Positions 18,874-26,936 of a stretch of DNA of 64,000 nucleotides are shown here, piece after piece. The translations under genes were made by a program, and so were the position numbers. Below the pieces are notes generated by a model. It did not search any database. It was given only the letters and a program-made list of their open reading frames with translations, and was not told where the DNA came from. Source of the DNA: a virus; IMG/VR virus record IMGVR_UViG_3300024262_000015, positions 64,001-128,000 of that record; one strand, 5' to 3'. How positions within the stretch are numbered: position 1 is the stretch's first letter; each line of letters opens with the position of its first letter.

Positions 18874-19572
18874 ATGGTTGAAATTGACAGGTTTGACTTA
18901 GCTGATGTAGGAGTATCCGATCAAGTTGAGCTTCAGTCTGATTATACAGGATTTTATAAATCTGTAACTTTAGCTGATACAACCTCAGGTACCGCCACTA
19001 TAGTTGTATCAACAGTCAGCGATAACCTTCTTCATGCAGATAATCCTGTGGAGTCAGGTGATACTGTAGTTATTGCGGGTAATGCAGCAGCCGGAACATA
19101 CACGATTGATGTCATGATAAGTGATACTCAATTTACTGTAGTAGAATCTCTGCCCGACTCTACTGGTGGTACTTCTAGTTTTAGATATCCTCCTGGGGCC
19201 CAAAAGGTTGGATTTTATGTTGCTCCATTAAGCTTTACATCTGATGCTCCTAATGTTCAAAAAGTTATGGAGGCCATGGACGGCTACAAGCTTGCTGAAG
19301 AGTCTTTATCTTTAGCCATTAATTATGTCCAAAACGGATTTGAGGAAATAACTTATTCGGGAACCAAAGCTACAAATATAACACTTTGGGAAACGGCATC
19401 AAAACTAATTAAAGTACGAGAATCTCAACTAACCTATGATGGAAATAATGTATCTCAAGTTATCGATATTCAATACGATGCACTTGGAATAGAAAAGTAC
19501 CGCTTAACTCAAACCTATGTCTATACTGGAAACATGATCACATCTTCTACCCAAACCCGCACTGATGTATAA
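18874..19572 (+). CDS. Putative virion structural protein
   Basis: Beta-rich. GDTVVIAG...GTYTI module, YD-like C-terminal strands, one DGY. Confidence 0.6.
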   Translation: MVEIDRFDLADVGVSDQVELQSDYTGFYKSVTLADTTSGTATIVVSTVSDNLLHADNPVESGDTVVIAGNAAAGTYTIDVMISDTQFTVVESLPDSTGGTSSFRYPPGAQKVGFYVAPLSFTSDAPNVQKVMEAMDGYKLAEESLSLAINYVQNGFEEITYSGTKATNITLWETASKLIKVRESQLTYDGNNVSQVIDIQYDALGIEKYRLTQTYVYTGNMITSSTQTRTDV

Positions 19573-19618
19573 TAACGTTATATAATAAATAGCCCTGTTT
19601 AAGTTTTAAGGAAGAACC

Positions 19619-19933
19619 ATGCCCATAGTCGTACCCAAAAATACTGAAGGTTACAAGTACAACCAATTTGAATTACTTACTGTAGCTGATACGGTATTTC
19701 CTGAATTTGCACAATTTGGCATCAATATTCCTTTTCAAAGAGGACTGCTTTTGATCAATTATGGTCCTGGCATTGCCGAATATTCTTTTGATGGAATTTC
19801 TGTTCATGGGGATATGCGGCCCGGCACTCCTAGTGAGAAGTTAAACTTTTCAGTTGTAAGGGTTTTCAGCGGTATTTGGTTTCAATCAGCAGGCAGTCCA
19901 GAAATTCGGATAGAAGCATGGTCAGGAACGTAA
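19619..19933 (+). CDS. Small beta-sandwich hypothetical protein
   Basis: 104 aa with AAGGA SD. Confidence 0.7.
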   Translation: MPIVVPKNTEGYKYNQFELLTVADTVFPEFAQFGINIPFQRGLLLINYGPGIAEYSFDGISVHGDMRPGTPSEKLNFSVVRVFSGIWFQSAGSPEIRIEAWSGT

Positions 19934-19970
19934 CACAATTAATAGTTAGTAAAACTTGGAAAGATGTTAA

Positions 19971-20906
19971 GTGAGAGCATTGATCCTCTCAGGTGGAGCC
20001 GGTAGAGGTTCGTTTCAAGTCGGAGTATTAAGAGGGTTACTAAAAAAAAATAAAGATTTAGATTATGACATATATGTTGGAAGCAGTGTCGGAGCTTTCA
20101 ATGCTGGGATTTTAGCTGGTGGACCTTTAAAAGAAACCGTACCAATTTTAGAAGATATTTGGCTTAAGAAAATCACTGGCAGACATTCTATTTGGCACCA
20201 CCTTTTAGCTAAAAGATTATTAATATTTGTAGCTATATTTGCTGGATTTATAAACCTAGCTTTTTTTTCTTTCCTAGCAGACAACCCTAAATGGTTAACT
20301 ACACTTCTTGCTTTAATTGCTTGGATTTGTATTTATTTGCCCTATAGGATGGTTAAACAAACACGCTCTGTTTATACAGCCACACCCTTAAAGCGAGAAC
20401 TTAGCAAGTACATTTTACAAGAACGAATTTTGCATGGTGGAAAGTCTTTAGTGGTAGCAGCTACTTGTCTTAGGACGGGAGAGCTTTTTTACTTTACGGA
20501 AAGCGATGTAGATCTAATTGAAGGAATTCATGCCTCGATGGCTTTTCCGGTTTTCTTTCCTCCAGTTTTTGTAAGAAACGAATGGTGTACTGATGGAGGA
20601 TTAAAAACTTATGCAGATATAAGTTCGGCTATAGATTTGGGAGCTACCGAAGTGGATGTAATTCTTACTGTTCCATTAGAAGAGTATAAAGATTTTAAGC
20701 CTACTATTTTTTCTCAAGTTATTCAGGTTATAGACGTTGTAACCATGGGAATTATCCAAAACGATATAAAGAAACACCGCTTCTCCGATGTTAAAATTAA
20801 TATTTACATGCCACCTAAAGGATTTTCTCATAAAAACCCTTTAAAGTTTGAACCAGCCTCTCTTAAAAAATCTTATAATGTTGGAGTTAAAGTAGGAGAA
20901 AAATGA
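19971..20906 (+). CDS. Patatin-like phospholipase with a two-helix membrane insertion
   Basis: LSGGAGRG oxyanion loop, GSSVG nucleophile elbow, DGG catalytic Asp, hydrophobic insertion. Confidence 0.9.
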   Translation: MRALILSGGAGRGSFQVGVLRGLLKKNKDLDYDIYVGSSVGAFNAGILAGGPLKETVPILEDIWLKKITGRHSIWHHLLAKRLLIFVAIFAGFINLAFFSFLADNPKWLTTLLALIAWICIYLPYRMVKQTRSVYTATPLKRELSKYILQERILHGGKSLVVAATCLRTGELFYFTESDVDLIEGIHASMAFPVFFPPVFVRNEWCTDGGLKTYADISSAIDLGATEVDVILTVPLEEYKDFKPTIFSQVIQVIDVVTMGIIQNDIKKHRFSDVKINIYMPPKGFSHKNPLKFEPASLKKSYNVGVKVGEK

Positions 20907-21976
20907 GCAAGCTTATTTATCTAGATGCAAATGCCCACGTCCCCATGAATAAGCAGGCCATCAAAGCTTATTGTGAATATCATGAGTCTATGGACGGTCA
21001 TGGTCATCCACTTTCAATGACTACTCCTGGTATTGGGGCCTCAATTAAACTGGAAGAAGCTCGTGAAAATATAGCTAACTGTATTGGTAGCGAAGAGGCA
21101 GGAAACGTTGTATTTACTTTTAACTGCACTCAAGCATGTGAATGGGCTATCAAAATCTTAGCTGATAATTGTCCTGTAACCTTTATTTCTGAGGGTGAAC
21201 ATTCTGCTGTTACTATGGCCTATAGAAAGTGGATAGGAGAGCCAAAATTTATAACTGAATATGTAGAAAACCATGATGGCTATAAAGACGCTGGCCTTGG
21301 GTGCATAAGAGTTCAAAACGAAACGGGATTAATTTATCCTGATTTAATCCACATGCCTTCCAAGTTATTATTTTGTGATATGAGTCAAGCTTTGGGCAAA
21401 ATAAATGTAGATGTTACAGGATTAGATATTGCCGCTTTCGGAGGTCATAAATTTGGTGGAACTAACTTAGGTTTCCTTTATTTTAAGGATCCTTCTTTAT
21501 GTGAAGAACTTAATTCTGGGTCTAGATATTTCCTTGATGCTCCTGGTACACCTAATGTGGCGGCTGCTGTAGCTACTTCTGTTGCTCTTATGGATGCGAT
21601 TCGAACTTTAGATGAACGCACCGAAAAAATGCGACAATTCCAAACTACTATTGAAGATTATTTTCAAAATAAAAACATTACAGTGGTTCATAAAGACAAG
21701 CCTCGTTCCCCCAATACTACTTTTATACACCTTCCTCACGCAATAAACCTTATCCATTCATTGTCTCAAAAGGGAATATTTGTAGGACTTGGCTCAGCAT
21801 GCGGTGCTCTACATGAAGGGTTAAGTCCTTTTATGAAATACTCTGGATATAATAATTCTTCTTCTCAAGACTTTATGAGGATAAGTCAATTTGGAGAATA
21901 TGGTATTGAGGAAGCCAAGCTGTTTATAGACCAATTTGATAAAAGCTTTGAAGAAGTTTTTCATAAGCCAGCATGA
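20903..21976 (+). CDS. NifS/IscS-like PLP-dependent cysteine desulfurase
   Basis: IYLDANA, EHSAV, NETG, DMSQALGK, GHKFGG (PLP Lys), GTPNV, GSAC (catalytic Cys). Confidence 0.9.
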   Translation: MSKLIYLDANAHVPMNKQAIKAYCEYHESMDGHGHPLSMTTPGIGASIKLEEARENIANCIGSEEAGNVVFTFNCTQACEWAIKILADNCPVTFISEGEHSAVTMAYRKWIGEPKFITEYVENHDGYKDAGLGCIRVQNETGLIYPDLIHMPSKLLFCDMSQALGKINVDVTGLDIAAFGGHKFGGTNLGFLYFKDPSLCEELNSGSRYFLDAPGTPNVAAAVATSVALMDAIRTLDERTEKMRQFQTTIEDYFQNKNITVVHKDKPRSPNTTFIHLPHAINLIHSLSQKGIFVGLGSACGALHEGLSPFMKYSGYNNSSSQDFMRISQFGEYGIEEAKLFIDQFDKSFEEVFHKPA

Positions 21977-22293
21977 AAAAGCCGAAGAAAATAAAATGTG
22001 AAATTTGTGGTTTAAAACAGCCTAAAGCCTTGCACTTGCATCATCTGACAGAACGGGTTGAGGCTAACTGTACCAACCACCCTTTAAACCTTCTGGTAGC
22101 CTGTGGTTCTTGTCACAGCTTAATTCATCAAAAAATTATCGAGGTTATAGGTATATGGCCTAGCTCTAACCCCACAAACGGGCGTACTGTCGTTTTCAAG
22201 AAGGAGGGGAGGTGTAACATACCAGAACTTGAAAACGTCTCACCACCTCATATATCCCAAGCACCAAGGATGAAAATTTATGGGAAAACGTAA
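21973..22293 (+). CDS. HNH endonuclease-like protein
   Basis: CEIC...LHLHH...NHPLNLLVACGSCHSLIH. Confidence 0.8.
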   Translation: MKKPKKIKCEICGLKQPKALHLHHLTERVEANCTNHPLNLLVACGSCHSLIHQKIIEVIGIWPSSNPTNGRTVVFKKEGRCNIPELENVSPPHISQAPRMKIYGKT

Positions 22294-22600
22294 TCCTAAG
22301 AAGTTAAATAAAAACAGAGTTCAATCAGAACCAGAAACTCGTGCTCAGCTTTATGAGATGATTCGGCTTTGGGGTGGAGATCCTAAAGAGGCAGAAATCA
22401 TTATCACAAAATATGAAAAAGCAATGCAAAAATCCAGAGACCCTGTAGAACAAAAACAAATAGCCTATATGGGGCTTTTGGAGCTTCACAAACACTATGG
22501 AATCCGTAGCGCTTTGGTAGGGGACGGCATTGTTTTAGCTGAAGCTCGTGAAGGCTGGACTGATCCTTTTGAAAATGAACGTAAAATTAAGCCTGTATAA
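22280..22600 (+). CDS. Hypothetical protein
   Basis: 106 aa ORF with AAGGA SD. Confidence 0.7.
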   Translation: MGKRNPKKLNKNRVQSEPETRAQLYEMIRLWGGDPKEAEIIITKYEKAMQKSRDPVEQKQIAYMGLLELHKHYGIRSALVGDGIVLAEAREGWTDPFENERKIKPV

Positions 22601-22637
22601 TCTCTCCGACTAAAGAGCAATATCACAGCATTTATGC

Positions 22638-22880
22638 GTGAAACAAAAATTCATTGGCACAGTAGTCTGGTTTGATAAAGGACCAAACTACGGATTTATA
22701 GACGGCCCAGGAGGTGAAGCGGGCCAGGATGTATTCGTACACTGGAGTGATATTCAGATGGAAGGCTTTAAGATTCTCAAAAAGGGTCAAAGGGTTGAGT
22801 ATTTTATTGGAGAAAATAACCAGGGTAAACCTAAAGCAATAGAGGTAGAAGTTGTGGAAGAAGCCGATAAAGAGACCTGA
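22638..22880 (+). CDS. Cold-shock domain protein
   Basis: GTVVWFD, NYGFI (RNP1), DVFVHWSDI (RNP2), GFKILKKGQRVEY. Confidence 0.93.
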   Translation: MKQKFIGTVVWFDKGPNYGFIDGPGGEAGQDVFVHWSDIQMEGFKILKKGQRVEYFIGENNQGKPKAIEVEVVEEADKET

Positions 22881-23295
22881 GTTTTGGATAACTAACATTT
22901 CTCAGAGACTCAATGTATCTATAGATGACCTAGGAATTCGTTTGAATCCCTTACAGAGCATAGATTTATTCTCAGGTCGATACCCTTTAATAACTGGTGA
23001 AGATATTAAAAATTCTGCTATAGCCGGCTCAATATATAAAAAGAGTAAATATATAAAAATTAGAGTAGAGCAGCCGCCAAAACTTATTCCTCCAGGCATT
23101 TATGTTTCAGATAAGCCCCGACAATATGATCTCAAAAACCTTACCCCCAATGCTCCTAAAAAAGAGTATGAGGAACTTGATGGCTTAGATAATTCTACAG
23201 ATACACAATGGGCGGCAGATGAAGCAGAAATGGCCGAAGCTGACCGGACCGCTGGATTATCTCCTAAAGCAACTAGTGAAAAAGAAAAAGAATAA
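22852..23295 (+). CDS. Hypothetical protein, N-terminal domain related to the 15776 ORF
   Basis: FWITNIS...DIKNSAIAGSIYKK versus FIVRNIS...DIRNSLLKGELFVK. Confidence 0.65.
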   Translation: MWKKPIKRPEFWITNISQRLNVSIDDLGIRLNPLQSIDLFSGRYPLITGEDIKNSAIAGSIYKKSKYIKIRVEQPPKLIPPGIYVSDKPRQYDLKNLTPNAPKKEYEELDGLDNSTDTQWAADEAEMAEADRTAGLSPKATSEKEKE

Positions 23296-23338
23296 TCACC
23301 ACCCTTATTCTCCAGGCATTTAAAATCATTTAAATAGT

Positions 23339-23674
23339 ATGACTACTTCTATGTTTGCCAACCCAGGCCAAACGGTTACATTAACTGTTCAAACTGTTGA
23401 TGGTTATGGAGAAAGAGCTAATGTCGCTGCCCTTCCTAGAATAATGAGCGTTTTGTATCCTAGTCTCTCCCCGGTCTTAGGGTATCCACAAAACATGTCC
23501 AATGTTCAAACAGGGCTCTATGCTCATCAACTCACTCTTCCTACAGGGCCAGTTTCTTTAGGAACCTTTGTTGTTAGCACACGCTATGTAGCTTTGAATG
23601 GCAGTATTGTTTGGGACACTTTTCTTATTCAAGTAGCTCTCCCATTTGGAAATAGTTCGCTTTCCCCTTGCTAG
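23339..23674 (+). CDS. Single Ig-like domain virion protein
   Basis: PGQTVTL...TGLYAHQLTLP...LGTFVV pattern, one DGY. Confidence 0.6.
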   Translation: MTTSMFANPGQTVTLTVQTVDGYGERANVAALPRIMSVLYPSLSPVLGYPQNMSNVQTGLYAHQLTLPTGPVSLGTFVVSTRYVALNGSIVWDTFLIQVALPFGNSSLSPC

Positions 23675-23680
23675 GACCCC

Positions 23681-24151
23681 ATGAAACACGATCTTAAAGC
23701 TCAAATTGATTTGGTTTGGAAAAAGGTGGCCGCAGAACCTAAGCCTGTTGTTCCCAACCTTCCTACCCGAAGCCCAGATGACCCAAACCCTAAAGTAAGA
23801 CAAAAACTAATAGAATACAAAAAAATACTCGGCCTAGCTCACGAAAATGTAGATGTGCTAGAAAAACTTTTGCCACTAATTAAAGACGATAGGGAGCGTA
23901 AATACCGAGAAGACAATTCTTTAAGATCCGCTAAAGATAGAGTTAAGCTTTATAAACAATTTGTAGACCTGCTTCCTCAATTTAAACTATTTGAGGATAA
24001 ATCTATTGAAACAGAACTGGATGATATCAATCCTAATTTAGCAGAATTATACACTACTGCTAATCCTACAACTCTAAGAACCAATTTACGAGTTGAAATA
24101 CAAATGAATAAACAAAGAATTGTAGATATTACATTAGGCCGAAGCGATTAA
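23681..24151 (+). CDS. Hypothetical protein (KVA motif)
   Basis: 156 aa helical ORF with AGGA SD. Confidence 0.7.
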   Translation: MKHDLKAQIDLVWKKVAAEPKPVVPNLPTRSPDDPNPKVRQKLIEYKKILGLAHENVDVLEKLLPLIKDDRERKYREDNSLRSAKDRVKLYKQFVDLLPQFKLFEDKSIETELDDINPNLAELYTTANPTTLRTNLRVEIQMNKQRIVDITLGRSD

Positions 24152-24184
24152 ACTTCTCTTCGCATACATTCATATATTAGTGTT

Positions 24185-25132
24185 ATGGCTATTGTCTGCC
24201 CCCCAATCATACCTCCTCAACCAGAAATAGTAATCCCGACCCGAATTGTTCCAAGAAGTGAAATAGCTCAGCCGGGAGATGCTATCGTTCTTTGCATGGA
24301 GTTTCGTGGACCCAATGGAGAACTAACCAATCTAGACGAGGTTCCTTCTATTGATATTGTTGAGCCTAATGGAAGAGTACGCACAAGCCAAAGCAAAGGC
24401 ATTTACCAACAGGGTACAGGAAAATATGCTTTTAATTTTGAAGTTGGGATAGCTCCAGATCTGGGTGTGTGGACCGATATTTGGAAAGGTATTATTAATG
24501 GGTTTGAGGTCTTTGGGTCTGGAAACTTTGTAGTAGCCACCTCTCAAATGCCCGCTCTTAACACAGATGGGTATAAACATTTAGGCGATGATCCGGGTTT
24601 TGACTACTCTCAAAATGCTATCTGTAATATAAATAGCTTAATTCAAATGCTTAGGGCTCGTTTAAGAAGCTCTGGAAAACGCCCTACTCACGATGAATAT
24701 GGCAACACTATCTTTGAAAATTGTGACATTTTTACTGTAGAAGAAATGGTAACCTTCCTGTGTACGTCTCTTGAACACTTTAATGCAGAGCCAACCTTCA
24801 CGTTTTTTAGCTTTGAAGATACCCCAATTGTTCAAAACTTTGGCTCAGTCTTAGTTCAGGGCGCTACTGTTTTTGCTTTAGGCGCTCAAGCTCTAGTAGA
24901 AAAAGGCAGAGAGCTAAACATTACTGATAACGGAATTAGCTTTACTCCACCTCAAGTATCTGATTTATTAAATACTCAATACTCCACCGAAATGACGCAG
25001 TGGATTGAAATGGTGCAGCGCGTCAAGAGAAATATGAAACCGAATCCTCTGGGGCTTGGTACATTCAGACCTCTTTCCGCTGCACCTCAAGTATTACGTT
25101 TACGCTGGCTTCGAGCTAGGCGGATCTTTTAA
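24185..25132 (+). CDS. Putative head-tail adaptor/neck protein with N-terminal Ig-like domain
   Basis: Ig-like GTGKYAFNF...GVWTDIW, then a helical domain with IFTVEEM and ITDNGISF typical of adaptors. Confidence 0.55.
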   Translation: MAIVCPPIIPPQPEIVIPTRIVPRSEIAQPGDAIVLCMEFRGPNGELTNLDEVPSIDIVEPNGRVRTSQSKGIYQQGTGKYAFNFEVGIAPDLGVWTDIWKGIINGFEVFGSGNFVVATSQMPALNTDGYKHLGDDPGFDYSQNAICNINSLIQMLRARLRSSGKRPTHDEYGNTIFENCDIFTVEEMVTFLCTSLEHFNAEPTFTFFSFEDTPIVQNFGSVLVQGATVFALGAQALVEKGRELNITDNGISFTPPQVSDLLNTQYSTEMTQWIEMVQRVKRNMKPNPLGLGTFRPLSAAPQVLRLRWLRARRIF

Positions 25133-25143
25133 GGCTTGGAAAA

Positions 25144-25290
25144 ATGACAGACCAAGAAATCGAAGAATTAATTTAAGAGCATAAGAGGTTAGATAGGCGG
25201 GATGAAAAACGAACCTTCATCTTATATATGATTGCCATGGGTATCATCCTTACATCCTGTGTCATTTCGTTTGTTTGTATCTTATTATAG
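25144..25290 (+). pseudogene. Small membrane-protein gene with an internal TAA
   Basis: MTDQEIEELI*EHKRLDRRDEKRTFILYMIAMGIILTSCVISFVCILL*. Confidence 0.4.
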
Positions 25291-25310
25291 GGCTCTTTTC
25301 ATATAGTTTT

Positions 25311-25826
25311 ATGTCACTGCAAAAAGAGTACTCAAAACTTCTTAGCAAGATAGCTAAATTAGAAGCACAAGCCCAAAGAATAAAATTAGCTTCCGATTTT
25401 AGAACTGAAGAAGACCGCAAAAGTTACGAGCGATTTAAAGCCAAAGAGGACTATATTAATTCTAAAGTAAAGAAAGAGGATTTTTCTGAAGTCGAGGAAT
25501 GGCTTTCAAGCTCGGACTCAGACTTGAGAGCAGCGGCCTTTTACAATGTGCCTAAAGAAATAGTTCTAGATCTAGTGGACTTAAAAGATCTCGTCACCGA
25601 TCCCAACCCTGATATTAGGCGGGCTGCAGCAGAAAATTTCTTTAAAGAAATTGGAGCAGACTCTGAACTTATGGAGATTGTTTTAGATGAAGAAGGTTAT
25701 GGAATGCTTAGAGCACTAGGGTCAAAAGACTTTGCGTTTGATATTCTTGGCCCTTATAAAGACCACCCTGAAGTAAGAAAAGAATTAGAGTCATTTAGAA
25801 ATCCGCCTGAAGGTTTTTGGGACTAA
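25311..25826 (+). CDS. HEAT-like repeat protein with KIA/KLA motifs
   Basis: SDSDLRAAAF and DPNPDIRRAAA repeats. ATG 25311 is preferred over the track start 25275. Confidence 0.65.
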   Translation: MSLQKEYSKLLSKIAKLEAQAQRIKLASDFRTEEDRKSYERFKAKEDYINSKVKKEDFSEVEEWLSSSDSDLRAAAFYNVPKEIVLDLVDLKDLVTDPNPDIRRAAAENFFKEIGADSELMEIVLDEEGYGMLRALGSKDFAFDILGPYKDHPEVRKELESFRNPPEGFWD

Positions 25827-25946
25827 GACTCTCTTTGCAAGAACAGCCAAGCATCCCCGACAATATAGTTCTCCCTTTTCCAAGAATACTGTATTCGCAT
25901 GACGTTTACATTGGGAGCATTGGGGGCGCAGGAGAACGGGATCCAT
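25791..25946 (-). CDS. 51 aa Zn-finger microprotein (below track cutoff)
   Basis: MDPVLLRPQCSQC...ELYCRGCL. Confidence 0.55.
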   Translation of the reverse strand: MDPVLLRPQCSQCKRHANTVFLEKGELYCRGCLAVLAKRVLVPKTFRRISK

Positions 25947-25993
25947 AAAAGAGCAGGATAGCACCGGTCAGCTTATATTCTCATATAAGATTC

Positions 25994-26173
25994 ATGGACC
26001 TTAAAAAAATTGGCGATGCGGTAATGTTATGTTGTGGAAGGAAGCGTTGTCCTATCCTCACCAAATCTAAAGACGGTAGTTATGATCTTACTGATGATTT
26101 TGGTGGGAAGGTAAAGCTAAGCAGGGAACAGCTTTTATTAATTAGTGATGCTATAATTCAGTTAGATGATTGA
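25994..26173 (+). CDS. 59 aa Cys-containing microprotein (below track cutoff)
   Basis: MDLKKIGDAVMLCCGRKRCP...LTDDFGGKVKLSREQL, overlapping the next start. Confidence 0.65.
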   Translation: MDLKKIGDAVMLCCGRKRCPILTKSKDGSYDLTDDFGGKVKLSREQLLLISDAIIQLDD

Positions 26174-26456
26174 ACTGCTTGCTTGCCTTGGTTTAATGTG
26201 GATTCTTAAATACGGAACCATTTTAGACACTCCCAGAAATATTATTAAATCCAAAAGCAAATTTTTAACTGAACTTTTGAATTGCAGTTTATGTTTAGGG
26301 TTTTGGTGTGGGGTTCTAATCACCCTTCCCCTTTGCCTTTATTCATTTACCATACAATATCTTTTGTTGCCATTAGCTTCGTCAGCAGTTTGTTGGTCAC
26401 TGGATTCGGTAGTTGAGCTTATTCATGTAGCTACTAATAAAATTGAAAAATTATAA
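26166..26456 (+). CDS. Small membrane protein with CxxC (DUF1360-like)
   Basis: FLTELLNCSLCLGFW plus hydrophobic helices. Confidence 0.65.
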   Translation: MIELLACLGLMWILKYGTILDTPRNIIKSKSKFLTELLNCSLCLGFWCGVLITLPLCLYSFTIQYLLLPLASSAVCWSLDSVVELIHVATNKIEKL

Positions 26457-26498
26457 CTCAGCCAAAAATAAAAGATATTCATAAACCCATATGATAGT

Positions 26499-26930
26499 GT
26501 GGGCTTTCTTGACCAAACATTAAAAGTTTTTTCAGCTAAACTTAGAGTTCCCCAATTATTTATTGAAGGAACAGAAAAATTTAGTATTACCAATTCCTCC
26601 GTTTATCAGCGTGTAGGATTTGTACAACCTTATAAATATAACCAAATTATAATTAGAACACCTGGGCTTTATTTAGTCGAGGTATGCTTTGCTTTTGCAC
26701 CAACCGACTTTCCTCCTGAATTTCCCGGCTACTCTATCTTTGCACAAATGCCTGGACAAAAGGCTATTGTTGTAAGCTCTGGATCAGTGTCTACCAATAC
26801 TTCTCCCGATACAATTACCGTGTCTAAAAGCTTACAAATCCGAAAATCTACTGTTCTTTCTTTTCAATTCACTACCCAATTTGCTGGACGCTTGACTGAG
26901 GGTTCGGGATTCACCTTAATTTTAACTTAG
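26499..26930 (+). CDS. C1q/TNF-like beta-sandwich protein, putative fibre accessory
   Basis: IIIRTPGLYLVEVCF pattern, adjacent to a fibre gene. Confidence 0.5.
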   Translation: MGFLDQTLKVFSAKLRVPQLFIEGTEKFSITNSSVYQRVGFVQPYKYNQIIIRTPGLYLVEVCFAFAPTDFPPEFPGYSIFAQMPGQKAIVVSSGSVSTNTSPDTITVSKSLQIRKSTVLSFQFTTQFAGRLTEGSGFTLILT

Positions 26931-26936
26931 GATCAA

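Noticed and set aside
20903-21976. DNA phosphorothioation (Dnd/Ssp) system
   Set aside because: Only the desulfurase is present, with no DndC/D/E or SspB/C/D-like ORFs in the window
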